Origin: a virus
Taxonomy: Duplodnaviria > Caudoviricetes
Length of the DNA: 64,000 nt
Reading direction: 5' to 3' (one strand)
IMG/VR virus record: IMGVR_UViG_2974723664_000001
Span: 10,097 to 74,096 of that record
Position numbers and translations under genes: made by a program. Below, one piece after another: positions 16,388 through 25,796 of this stretch; the first letter of the stretch is position 1, and each line of letters begins with the position of its first letter. The notes beneath the pieces were generated by a model. The model did no database searches and had not been told where the DNA came from. It worked only from the letters and a program-made list of their open reading frames with translations.

Positions 16388-19048
16388 ATGCGCTATCTCA
16401 TCTACAATCAAGACGGCCATTACCCATTGGTCTTCTTGGTTCCTGCCATCTTCAAGCAGGAGTTGGAACAAGCCTACATCGAACCCTTTGGGATTGATAA
16501 AGAGAAAGTGTTGGTCCTCGACCTGCACAACTCTCCGGGCAAGAAAGCAACTCCTGTGAGGGAGATCAAGGAATACATCGAAGAGGAACTGTATCCGGCC
16601 ATCCTGGACGCCAAGGCTGAGTACATTGTGTGTGCCGATTCCGGTTACTACAAGGTGCTTGCCAAGGTAGGAAAGGCGGATGCAAACCTGGGCTATGTCA
16701 CCGACTCCATCATCGATGGGGTCAAGATAATCTACGTTCCGAACTATCGGGCGATCTTCTATGATCCTCCGAAGGTGAAGGCGAAGATAGCTCTTTCGAT
16801 GAATGCTCTTCAGAACCACCGCTCGGGTTGCTATATGGACCCGGGGTCGGACATCATCAAGCACGCAGAGTATCCGCAAAGTGTTGAGGCAATTGCCGCA
16901 GCACTGGATAAGCTGCTTGCGATGAACTGTCCGTTGACGGTGGACATTGAAGCGTTCGACCTCAAGCACCACAAGTCTGGAATCGGCACGATTGCTTTCG
17001 CATGGAACCAAGGGGAAGGAATAGCCTTCGCCGTGGACTACCAGCCGATTCATGACGCAACAGAAGCGCCGTATGGCAAGCAGGTTCGCAATGAACCAGT
17101 GAGAGCACTGCTCCGGGACTTCTTCGAGAAGTTCATGGAAACTGCGATCTATCACAATGCTGCCTTTGACATGTACATCCTGGTCTACCAGTTGTTCATG
17201 ACAGACCTCATCGACACAGAAGGCATGCTCAATGGCTTCGATGTGATGATGCGTAATTGGGACTGCACCAAGCTCATTACGTATTTGGCAACCAACTCCT
17301 GTGCGGGCAACAAGCTGGGCCTGAAGGACCAAGCACAAGAGTTCGCAGGCAACTATGCGGAGTCCGAGATCAAGGACATTACCCGCATCCCGCTGCCTCA
17401 GCTTCTGCGGTACAACCTCGTGGATACCCTCTCCACTTGGTTCGTCCATACCAAGCACTGGTCAACCATGGTGCATGACCAACAGGAAGATATCTATGAG
17501 ACGCTGTTCAAGAAGGCGTCCAAGGACATCATCCAAATGCAGCTTACCGGCATACCATTGCACATGCCTACTGTGCTGAAAGTGGAAAATGCTTTGCAAG
17601 GTGTGTTCGATGATGCGATCACTCGCATTGAACAGACCAAGTGTGTGCAGCAGTATCAGTACACACTGAAAGAGAAGTACATCGAAAAGATGCACGCCAA
17701 GTGGAAGAAGAAGCGCATCACGCTTGCTGAGGTTCCGGAGGAAGAGAAGTTCAATCCTCGATCACCTCTTCAATTGCAAGGGCTGCTGTATGACCAATTG
17801 GGCTTACCCATATTGGCTCTGACAGACACCAAGCAACCAAGCTGCGATGGTGACACCATCAGTAAGCTGCTTCACCACACCAAGGACCCTGATGTTCTGG
17901 ACCTGCTGCGAGCACTACAAGACTTCGCAGCGGTGGATAAGATTCTCGGATCGTTCATCCCTGCTTTCAAAGAAGCAGCCCAAGGGCCTGATGGATGGTG
18001 GTATCTGTTCGGTAACTTCGTGCTGGGAGGCACTGTATCGGGACGGTTGAGTTCCAACTCACCGAACCTGCAAAACCTCCCTGCCAACGTCATGATGAAA
18101 GTCAGTGATGAACTGCTTGAGCGGTTCCCGTTGCTGAAGGACTTTATGAAGAAGGGAATGCTCAGTCTGGGCAAGCTGATCAAGTTCTGTTTCCAGGCAC
18201 CGCCTGGATGGATTTTCGCAGGACTGGATTTCGCATCCCTTGAGGATCGCATTTCTGCCCTCACAACCAAAGACCCGATGAAGCTGAAGGTGTACACCGA
18301 TGGCTACGACGGTCACTGTCTCCGAGCGTACTCGTACTTCGGAGATCAGATGGAAGGGATTGATCCTGAATCGGTGGAGTCCATCAACTCCATTGAATTG
18401 AAGTACAAGGATTTGCGGCAGGAAAGTAAGGCTCCCACTTTTGCCTTGACCTATCTAGGCACCTACATCACCTTGATGAAGAACTGCGGCTTCTCGGAAG
18501 AGAAGGCAAAGATGGTGGAAGCAAAACACCACGAGATGTACCGGGTGAGCATTGAATGGGTGCAAGCCAAGCTGAACCAAGCTGCCAAGGATGGATACGT
18601 CACCACAGCTTTCGGGCTGCGTGTGAGAACACCCCTCTTGGCTCAGGTCATTCGTGGGAACAGCAAGACGCCTTATGAGGCAGAAGCTGAAGGGCGAACT
18701 GCTGGCAATGCTCTCGGGCAGGGCTGGTGTTTGCTTAATAGCCGTGCATGGGTTGAGTTCATGGAAAAGGTACGTGATAGCGATCAACGCTTGAACATCC
18801 GTCCGTGTGCGCAGATTCATGATGCGGGCTATGCACTCATTCGTGATGACATGGACACTGTCCTGTACATGAATGAGCATCTGGTCAATGCAGTGAACTG
18901 GAACGACCACCCCGACATCTACCATCCAGATGTTGGTTTGGGCGGTAATCTCTCTCTGTTTTACCCCACTTGGGCAACCGAGATCGAAATAGAGAACGGC
19001 GCTACCGCTGAAGAAATAACCTCAACTATCCAAGAGGCATTCGCATGA
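16388..19048 (+). CDS. family A DNA polymerase (N4 gp39-like)
   Basis: Exonuclease DIE, HNAAFD, YNLVD. Polymerase GRLSSNSPNLQN, DFASLEDR, RQESKAPTFALTY, QIHDA. Confidence 0.96.
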   Translation: MRYLIYNQDGHYPLVFLVPAIFKQELEQAYIEPFGIDKEKVLVLDLHNSPGKKATPVREIKEYIEEELYPAILDAKAEYIVCADSGYYKVLAKVGKADANLGYVTDSIIDGVKIIYVPNYRAIFYDPPKVKAKIALSMNALQNHRSGCYMDPGSDIIKHAEYPQSVEAIAAALDKLLAMNCPLTVDIEAFDLKHHKSGIGTIAFAWNQGEGIAFAVDYQPIHDATEAPYGKQVRNEPVRALLRDFFEKFMETAIYHNAAFDMYILVYQLFMTDLIDTEGMLNGFDVMMRNWDCTKLITYLATNSCAGNKLGLKDQAQEFAGNYAESEIKDITRIPLPQLLRYNLVDTLSTWFVHTKHWSTMVHDQQEDIYETLFKKASKDIIQMQLTGIPLHMPTVLKVENALQGVFDDAITRIEQTKCVQQYQYTLKEKYIEKMHAKWKKKRITLAEVPEEEKFNPRSPLQLQGLLYDQLGLPILALTDTKQPSCDGDTISKLLHHTKDPDVLDLLRALQDFAAVDKILGSFIPAFKEAAQGPDGWWYLFGNFVLGGTVSGRLSSNSPNLQNLPANVMMKVSDELLERFPLLKDFMKKGMLSLGKLIKFCFQAPPGWIFAGLDFASLEDRISALTTKDPMKLKVYTDGYDGHCLRAYSYFGDQMEGIDPESVESINSIELKYKDLRQESKAPTFALTYLGTYITLMKNCGFSEEKAKMVEAKHHEMYRVSIEWVQAKLNQAAKDGYVTTAFGLRVRTPLLAQVIRGNSKTPYEAEAEGRTAGNALGQGWCLLNSRAWVEFMEKVRDSDQRLNIRPCAQIHDAGYALIRDDMDTVLYMNEHLVNAVNWNDHPDIYHPDVGLGGNLSLFYPTWATEIEIENGATAEEITSTIQEAFA

Positions 19049-19449
19049 AAGAACAAACCAATACCCCCGTCAAAAAGCACCACTGGCTGTTCGCTGCTCA
19101 GATGGTCTTCGTCAAGGTTGACGAAAGCGGTCAACCGACCGGTGACGGTGCGGCCCTGCTGCTGAACGGTATGCTCCTGACGGACGAGAAGCAGATCAAG
19201 CATCGTGATCTGGCCCGTGCTCAGATGCAAGCCGTCGCCAACCTGAACGAGCGCTTCAAGGGCGAACGCATCCAGATCGTGGACTGCGTGTTCACGTCGG
19301 GCTTCAGCCACTTGGGTTACATGACCCAGGAAGAATACGCTGTGGCTCCGGAAGGCCAGGTCCTGGTCAAAACGGAAGTCGATGTCGCTCCGAAGAAGTC
19401 GCACCTGTCGGTCGTGCCGAAGGAAGGCGACCCGGTATCGGGGGACTGA
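19045..19449 (+). CDS. hypothetical protein (N4 gp40-like position)
   Basis: ATGA overlap, SHLGYMT motif, strong codon bias. Confidence 0.8.
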   Translation: MKEQTNTPVKKHHWLFAAQMVFVKVDESGQPTGDGAALLLNGMLLTDEKQIKHRDLARAQMQAVANLNERFKGERIQIVDCVFTSGFSHLGYMTQEEYAVAPEGQVLVKTEVDVAPKKSHLSVVPKEGDPVSGD

Positions 19450-19451
19450 TC

Positions 19452-19727
19452 ATGTCTGCGGAGAACTCCGGAGGTCTGGTAAATTATTACCTGATCGAAG
19501 TGAAGCATCCGCAGCGTGAAGAGCAGCCGCCATATCAAGCGGAGTGCGAAGATATCATCGAAGCTCTGGAACTCAACTTCGATGAAGCCAACATCTTCAA
19601 GGAAATCTGGCGTACCGCTCGTGCTCGCCAGGGAACCAAGAAGGAAGGCAACACAGTACTTCGTGCTGCTCAGAAGATTGCGCATTACGCCAGTCGAATT
19701 CTGAAGCGTGCTCAACGCAACGCCTAA
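19452..19727 (+). CDS. DUF3310-like small phage protein
   Basis: ECEDIIEALELNFDEANIFK...KIAHY pattern. Confidence 0.7.
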   Translation: MSAENSGGLVNYYLIEVKHPQREEQPPYQAECEDIIEALELNFDEANIFKEIWRTARARQGTKKEGNTVLRAAQKIAHYASRILKRAQRNA

Positions 19728-19731
19728 TCCA

Positions 19732-19756
19732 TGACCCCTCTTCGGAGGGGTTTTTC
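19732..19756 (+). terminator. intrinsic terminator
   Basis: ACCCCTC-TTCG-GAGGGGT followed by TTTT. Confidence 0.85.
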
Positions 19757-19772
19757 AACCTATGGAGGAACC

Positions 19773-20765
19773 ATGCGTATCACCAATACTGCACAGGTAT
19801 CCTTGCCCGTAGCAGTCTGGCTTGTCCATGACGAATACGACTACAGCAAAGAGAACAACTACATCAGTGCCACTGGCCTGTTGAAGCCCACTCGCCAAAT
19901 CGTACTCGCCAGCCGTGTCGATCCCGAAACTCAGGTGATCGACGTGATGGACATGCTGAAGACTTCCTTGGGTCATGCAATCCATGACTCCATCGAAAAG
20001 GCATGGACCCGTGGTGCTGAACGCAGCCTGCGCTTGCTGGGGTATCCCCAGTCGGTGCGTGACCGTATCCGCATCAACCCCACCGATGATGTGCTGGCCA
20101 AGCACCCGGACTGTATACCCGTCTACATGGAGCAACGTGTCAAGAAGACGATCAACGTCAACGGCACGGACTATGTGGTCGGAGGAAAGTACGACATTGT
20201 GACCGAAGGTCTGTTGCAAGACTATAAGTCCACGTCGGCTTTTGTTTGGGTCAAAGGGTCCCGTGACGATGAACATCGTCTGCAAGGCAGCATCTATCGC
20301 TGGCTGAACCCCGAGAAGATCAAGGAAGACTACATCCGGATCAACTACATCTTCACCGACTGGAAACGTGGTGATGCTCGTCGTGATCCGAAGTATCCGC
20401 AACACCCGATCATGCACAAGGACATCCAACTGTTGTCCCCTGCTGAGACGGAAAAGTGGGTGCGTGGTCGTATCGCCGAGATCATCAAATACCAGGATGC
20501 ACCCGAGAACCAAGTTCCGGAATGCACCGATGAAGAGCTTTGGCGCTCCGATACCGTCTACAAGTATTTCTCCGATCCGGAGAAAGCGAAACAGCCGGGA
20601 GCCAGGAGCACGAAGAACTTCGAGCATCTCCATGAAGCCCGGATGTTCCAGTCCGAAAAAGGCGGCAAAGGTGTCATCGTCCCCGTAGAGGGCGTACCCA
20701 AACGGTGCGACTACTGCGGCGTCTATGACGTGTGTAAACAAAAAGACAGGTACTTTTCGACATGA
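19773..20765 (+). CDS. PD-(D/E)XK exonuclease (N4 gp42-like)
   Basis: GHAIHDSIE, E...GKYD...DYKS, QGSIY, C-terminal CDYC....C. GGAGG SD. Confidence 0.88.
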   Translation: MRITNTAQVSLPVAVWLVHDEYDYSKENNYISATGLLKPTRQIVLASRVDPETQVIDVMDMLKTSLGHAIHDSIEKAWTRGAERSLRLLGYPQSVRDRIRINPTDDVLAKHPDCIPVYMEQRVKKTINVNGTDYVVGGKYDIVTEGLLQDYKSTSAFVWVKGSRDDEHRLQGSIYRWLNPEKIKEDYIRINYIFTDWKRGDARRDPKYPQHPIMHKDIQLLSPAETEKWVRGRIAEIIKYQDAPENQVPECTDEELWRSDTVYKYFSDPEKAKQPGARSTKNFEHLHEARMFQSEKGGKGVIVPVEGVPKRCDYCGVYDVCKQKDRYFST

Positions 20766-22909
20766 TCGACCTCACCGGGGTTCAGCACCACCCCGCAATC
20801 GAAGAGATTGTGAACGTGCTCTGCAATAAAACGCAGAACACCGACCGGGGTTTCTTCCGCGTGGAAGCAGCCTACTTTCTGGCCAAGATGGCGAGTTCCA
20901 TGGGAGCTACCATCGTCACGGCAGATCGTGGGGATATCCCGGTGAACATCTACGCACTGGCTCTGGCCACCTCTGGGTATGGCAAGGGCCACAGTGTCAA
21001 CATCGTGGAGAACGATTTCCTGAAGGGCTTCAAGAAGCGCTTCATGGAAGACACGATGCCTGTCATCGCAGATGCCAACCTCTGGAAGATCGCCAACGAG
21101 CGAGCGGCCAAGAACGGCACGGACCAGCAGGAAGAGTACGACAAGGTGTCGGCAGAGTATCGCCGTGCGGGTGCATTCCCGTTCACCTTCGACAGTGGCA
21201 CTGCTCCGGCAGTGAAGCAGTTGCGTCAGAAACTCTTGCTGGCAACCTGCGGCTCCATCAACCTTCAGATTGACGAGATTGGTTCCAACCTGATCGAGAC
21301 GACTGAAGTGCTGACCCTGTTCCTGGAGTTGTATGACCAGGGGCTGGTCAAGCAGAAGCTGACCAAGAACACCGCCGAGAACACCCGAGGCGAGGAACTG
21401 GACGGCAAGACCCCCACCAACATGCTGCTCTTCGGCACCCCGTCGAAGCTGCTGGACGGTGGCCAGACCGAGGATGCTTTCTACAGCTTCCTGGACACTG
21501 GCTATGCTCGTCGTTGTCTGTTTGGCATCGGCCAGCCTGTCCGCATGGCTCACAACTCGCAAACGCCGGAAGAAATCTACGACCGGCTGACCCAACCGGG
21601 GAACCAAGCGGCTGTGAGCAAGTGGGCCAATCACTTTCACTCACTCGCTGATGCTGGCAAGTTCGGCTGGCGGATGGTTGTGGAACGTGATGTGGGTATC
21701 GAACTGATCGCCTACAAAGCACACTGCGAGAAACAGGCTGAAGAGATGGCCGAACACGAAGAGATTCGCAAGGCCGAGATCAGCCACCGCTATTTCAAGG
21801 CACTGAAGCTGGCCGGAGCATTGGCCTTCGTAGATGAGTCTGTGCTGGTGGACATGGATCACTTGAAGCAAGCAATCCTGTTGGTCGAAGAGTCTGGTGC
21901 AGCTTTCCAGACGATCCTGACTCGTGAGAAAGCCTACGTCAAGCTGGCCAAGTACATCGCCAGTGTGGGGACGGAAGTCACCCATGCGGACCTCGTTGAA
22001 GCGCTGCCGTTCTACAAGAGTGGCAATGCGTTCCGCAACGAGATCATGACCCTGGCAACCGCCTGGGGCTACAAGCAGCACATCATCATCAAGAAGACCT
22101 TCGCTGATGGTATTGAGTTCTTCCGTGGGGAGACCCTGAAGGAGACCAATACCGAAGAGATGCTGGTGTCCTACTCGGACAACTTTGCCTACGACTATGT
22201 GACGGAGCGTGCTCCCTTCGAGCAGTTGCACCAGATGACCCAAGCCAAGGGAATGCACTGGGCCAACCATGCATTCAAGCGCGGGCATCGTGCGGAAGAG
22301 AACGTGATCCCCGGCTTCAACATGATCGTGATCGACGTTGATGGTGGCGTGTCGCTGACAGCAGTTCATGAGCTGATGAAGGACTACAAGTTCATGACCT
22401 ACACCACCAAGCGTCATACAGATGAAGAGAACCGATTCCGTCTGATGCTGCCCATGAACTACGAGCTTCAGCTTGATGCTGATGAGTACAAGGAGTTCAT
22501 GAACAACGTCATGCAGTGGCTGCCGTTCACCACGGATGAGTCTGCCAACCAGCGATCCAAGAAGTGGGAATGCCATGATGGCGACTACTTCGTTAACCCG
22601 GATGGCGTGCTTCTGGATGTGCGGGATTTCATTCCGCGAACCACGAAGAACGAACAGTTCCAGGCCAGCATGCAAGCTGTGCAGAACCTGGACAATCTGG
22701 AACGTTGGTTTGCCCAACGCATGGCCCAAGGCAACCGGAACAACAACATGCTCCGTTTCGCCATGGCTCTGGTGGACAGCGGTATGGACTTCAATGAAGT
22801 CTCTCAGCAAGTCCACTCGTTCAACAAGAAACTGTCTGCTCCCTTGGACAGTGAAGAGTTGAACACGACCGTCCTCGTCTCTGTTGCGAAGAAGTACACG
22901 CGACAGTGA
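20762..22909 (+). CDS. DNA primase (N4 gp43-like; P-loop domain plus AEP/PriCT)
   Basis: SGYGKG P-loop, DEIG, DVD...YTTKRH...RFRL AEP motifs, GNRNNNMLR PriCT. Confidence 0.88.
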   Translation: MIDLTGVQHHPAIEEIVNVLCNKTQNTDRGFFRVEAAYFLAKMASSMGATIVTADRGDIPVNIYALALATSGYGKGHSVNIVENDFLKGFKKRFMEDTMPVIADANLWKIANERAAKNGTDQQEEYDKVSAEYRRAGAFPFTFDSGTAPAVKQLRQKLLLATCGSINLQIDEIGSNLIETTEVLTLFLELYDQGLVKQKLTKNTAENTRGEELDGKTPTNMLLFGTPSKLLDGGQTEDAFYSFLDTGYARRCLFGIGQPVRMAHNSQTPEEIYDRLTQPGNQAAVSKWANHFHSLADAGKFGWRMVVERDVGIELIAYKAHCEKQAEEMAEHEEIRKAEISHRYFKALKLAGALAFVDESVLVDMDHLKQAILLVEESGAAFQTILTREKAYVKLAKYIASVGTEVTHADLVEALPFYKSGNAFRNEIMTLATAWGYKQHIIIKKTFADGIEFFRGETLKETNTEEMLVSYSDNFAYDYVTERAPFEQLHQMTQAKGMHWANHAFKRGHRAEENVIPGFNMIVIDVDGGVSLTAVHELMKDYKFMTYTTKRHTDEENRFRLMLPMNYELQLDADEYKEFMNNVMQWLPFTTDESANQRSKKWECHDGDYFVNPDGVLLDVRDFIPRTTKNEQFQASMQAVQNLDNLERWFAQRMAQGNRNNNMLRFAMALVDSGMDFNEVSQQVHSFNKKLSAPLDSEELNTTVLVSVAKKYTRQ

Positions 22910-22972
22910 TGGGCCTGGCAGTTCTTTTGCTTGGTCTTTAGGACTGTCGAAATCCCTTTGGGAGAGCATTCA

Positions 22973-23740
22973 ATGAGTGATCAGAACGAACTCATCCCGG
23001 AAAACACCAATGACCAACTGCTGTTGGTTGTCGGGTATTCCTCGACGGGTAAGAGCGCATCCTTGCGCAACATCCGTGATCAGGAACAATGGCTGTACCT
23101 GAACACGGAGAGCGGCAAGCGTTTGCCGTTCAAGAACAAGTTCAGCAGCCACGTCATCACCGATCCGTATCAGGTGATCGACGCATTCAAGGCGTCTTAC
23201 GAAAGTCCGGAAGAAACCATCGGCTTCAAGCCGAAGGGCATCATCGTGGATTCGCTGACGTTCTTGATGGACATGTATGAATCCCGCTATGTCATCAACG
23301 CCGCCAACACCATGATGGCCTGGGGTGCCTACCAGCAGTTCTTTAAGGAACTGATGCAGTTGCACGTCCCGCTGTGTGGCATCCCGGTGATCTTCACCGC
23401 CCACGTCAAGGACGAACTCGATGAGAAAGCCATGGAGTTGAAAACCTCCGTGCCGATCAAGGGTTCGCTGAAGAACAACGGCATCGAAGCCTACTTTTCC
23501 ACCATCGTTGCGTGCAAGCGCATTCTCCTGAAGGAAATGGAGAAGATGACCAACGGCATGTTGGAAATCACGGAGGACGAGAAGGAGCTTGGCTTCAAGC
23601 ATGTCTTCCAGACTCGCCTTACGGCGAAGACCACCGGTGAGCGCATCCGTGCTCCGATGGGCATGTTCTCCCGCCAGGAGACCTACATCGACAACGACTG
23701 TCAAAAGTTGTTGGACCACCTCACCTCGTTCTATGCGTAA
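22973..23740 (+). CDS. Sak4-like AAA ATPase (N4 gp44-like)
   Basis: GYSSTGKS, IIVDSLT, FTAH, RAPMGMF. Confidence 0.85.
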   Translation: MSDQNELIPENTNDQLLLVVGYSSTGKSASLRNIRDQEQWLYLNTESGKRLPFKNKFSSHVITDPYQVIDAFKASYESPEETIGFKPKGIIVDSLTFLMDMYESRYVINAANTMMAWGAYQQFFKELMQLHVPLCGIPVIFTAHVKDELDEKAMELKTSVPIKGSLKNNGIEAYFSTIVACKRILLKEMEKMTNGMLEITEDEKELGFKHVFQTRLTAKTTGERIRAPMGMFSRQETYIDNDCQKLLDHLTSFYA

Positions 23741-23782
23741 GCATAGGGCATTGCAGCAAATCCATTCAGCAAGGAAAGTATC

Positions 23783-24550
23783 ATGAGCAATTTGTTCGGC
23801 AACCTGAAAGAAAAGACCCAGAACATGGAAGCAGCCCAGGACCGCATCGGCGGTGGCGGCTTCATCCTGGATACCGACATCTACGAGATGACCGTCAAGG
23901 TCGCCTATGTGGGCAAGGCCAAGTCCGGTGCGGACTTCATGTCGGTCATCCTGACCCGCGAAGGCAGCGACACGGAATACCGTGAAGACCTGTACTTCAC
24001 CTCGGGCAACGACAAGGGCAACACCCCGTACTACGTCAAGGGCGACAAGCAACTGCCCTTGCCCGGCTACACGGTCGTCAGCGACCTGTGCTTGGTCCTC
24101 GGCGGCGCCCCGCTGGAAGAGACCGAGTTCGAGGAAAAGACGGTCAACGTCTACGACTTCGACCAGAAGAAGGAACTGCCCAAGTCGGTCATGGTTCCCA
24201 CGGCTCTGATCGGTGGCAAGTGCCTCGTGGCCATCCAGAAGGCGCTGGAAACCAAGCAGGCCAAGAACGCCCAGGGCGTCTATGTCGATACCGACGAGAC
24301 CCGCGAAACCAACAGCATCGAGAAGATCATGGATCTGGGTTCTCGCCTGACGGTCGTGGAAGCCATGGCCCAGGCCACCGAGCCGGTCTACCACGATGCG
24401 TGGCTGGAAAAGAACAAGGGCAAGGTCTACGACAAGACCAAGAAGAAGGGCGACGGCAAGCCCGCCCCCGGTGGCGCTGCCGGTGCTCCCCCGAAGGCTG
24501 CCGGTGCGGCTGCTCCGGCTGCTCGTCCGTCGCTGTTCGGCAAGAAGTAA
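23783..24550 (+). CDS. ssb: single-stranded DNA-binding protein / late transcription activator (N4 gp45-like)
   Basis: Synteny, LPGY, EEKTVNVYDF, flexible Ala/Pro tail ending SLFGKK. Confidence 0.88.
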   Translation: MSNLFGNLKEKTQNMEAAQDRIGGGGFILDTDIYEMTVKVAYVGKAKSGADFMSVILTREGSDTEYREDLYFTSGNDKGNTPYYVKGDKQLPLPGYTVVSDLCLVLGGAPLEETEFEEKTVNVYDFDQKKELPKSVMVPTALIGGKCLVAIQKALETKQAKNAQGVYVDTDETRETNSIEKIMDLGSRLTVVEAMAQATEPVYHDAWLEKNKGKVYDKTKKKGDGKPAPGGAAGAPPKAAGAAAPAARPSLFGKK

Positions 24551-24553
24551 GCC

Positions 24554-25114
24554 ATGCGAATCCCGGTACTGGGTTGCGACCCCAGCATGCGTAATTGGGG
24601 TCTTGCGTTCAGTTACCTGGACCTGGAGGATGGGGTGCTCGACACCCCTACTCTCTCGCTGGTAAGAACGGCGGAGGAACCAAAGGGGAAACAAGTCCGG
24701 ATGAACAGCTACGACATCGAAGCTGCCGAGACGCTTTACAGTGAAGTGCTTCCCTTGGCTCAAAAGGCCAAGGTGATCTTCATTGAAGTTCCCGTTGGTT
24801 CCCAAAGTGCTGCGGCGATGAAAGGATACGGAATGTGCATCGGAATTCTCGGTGCCATCCGGGCCACTGGCATTCCCTTCATCGAAGTCTCCGAAGCGGA
24901 GTCGAAGAAGATCATGACCGGAAAGCGTACCGCTACGAAGGAAGAGATGATCACCGCAGGCATGGCATGGTATCCCCAGGCCAACTGGCCGATGCACGCC
25001 GGAAAGATCAGCGCCGGGAAGGCTGAACACATGGCAGATGCAATCGCTGCCATCCACGCTGGTGTGCAAACCCAGCAATTTCTGAACCTCATGAGACTGT
25101 TGAAAGCAGTCTGA
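24554..25114 (+). CDS. ruvC: RuvC-like Holliday junction resolvase
   Basis: GCDPSMRNWG, IEVP, ATKEEM, HMADAIA. Confidence 0.88.
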   Translation: MRIPVLGCDPSMRNWGLAFSYLDLEDGVLDTPTLSLVRTAEEPKGKQVRMNSYDIEAAETLYSEVLPLAQKAKVIFIEVPVGSQSAAAMKGYGMCIGILGAIRATGIPFIEVSEAESKKIMTGKRTATKEEMITAGMAWYPQANWPMHAGKISAGKAEHMADAIAAIHAGVQTQQFLNLMRLLKAV

Positions 25115-25124
25115 AGGAACCAAG

Positions 25125-25568
25125 ATGCAGATCACTCTGGTCCAGAGCGAAATCGAACAAGCTCTGAAGAACTACATCAATGAACAGGTCAATGTGAAGG
25201 AAGGCATGGAAATCACCATCGCCTTCAAGGCGACCCGTGGCGAAGAAGGCAACACCGCCGTCATCGACATCGTGCCGTCCACGGTCAAGCCTGTCGCCCC
25301 GGCCACGCCTACCAAGCGTGCGGCTCCGGCCAAGGTCGAACCCAAGGTGGAACAGCCGAAGGAAGAACCGAAGCCCGCCGATCCCCCGTTCGAGCCGGAC
25401 CCCAAGCCGGAAACGGGAAACCAGGAAGCAGCTTCCGTGCAAGAATCCTCGGCATCGACCGCTGGTGCGGCTGCGGAACCGCAGAATGCCGAAACTGCTT
25501 CGGCTGAAGCTGCCCCCCGTCGCCCGAGCCTGTTCGGCAACCTGGGCCAAGCCAAGTCCGCCCAGTAA
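25125..25568 (+). CDS. hypothetical protein (N4 gp47-like) with disordered tail
   Basis: Folded N-terminus, P/E/K/A-rich linker, RPSLFGNL tail. Confidence 0.8.
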   Translation: MQITLVQSEIEQALKNYINEQVNVKEGMEITIAFKATRGEEGNTAVIDIVPSTVKPVAPATPTKRAAPAKVEPKVEQPKEEPKPADPPFEPDPKPETGNQEAASVQESSASTAGAAAEPQNAETASAEAAPRRPSLFGNLGQAKSAQ

Positions 25569-25584
25569 GCCCTGGGGCTGACTC

Positions 25585-25764
25585 ATGACGGGCAATGTGC
25601 TTGCAATTGTGGTGATTTGCATCCTGGCGTTCTTACTCCTTTCCGCCTGGGTGCATGCGTCGGCACCATACATTGCACTGGCCATCATTGCCTTCGTCCT
25701 CTGGAAGCTCAGGGGGCTGCTTTTCCCTGGCACCAAGGGACGAAGCCCCGACAGCAGTGAATGA
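25585..25764 (+). CDS. 59-aa membrane protein with two hydrophobic segments
   Basis: Hand translation MTGNVLAIVVICILAFLLLSAWVHASAPYIALAIIAFVLWKLRG...; GGGG SD-like. Confidence 0.65.
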   Translation: MTGNVLAIVVICILAFLLLSAWVHASAPYIALAIIAFVLWKLRGLLFPGTKGRSPDSSE

Positions 25765-25796
25765 AGAAAGCCCCTCAACTGAGGGGCTTTCTTTTA
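25765..25796. terminator. bidirectional terminator between converging transcription units
   Basis: AGAAAGCCCCTCA-AC-TGAGGGGCTTTCT with T tracts on both strands. Confidence 0.85.
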
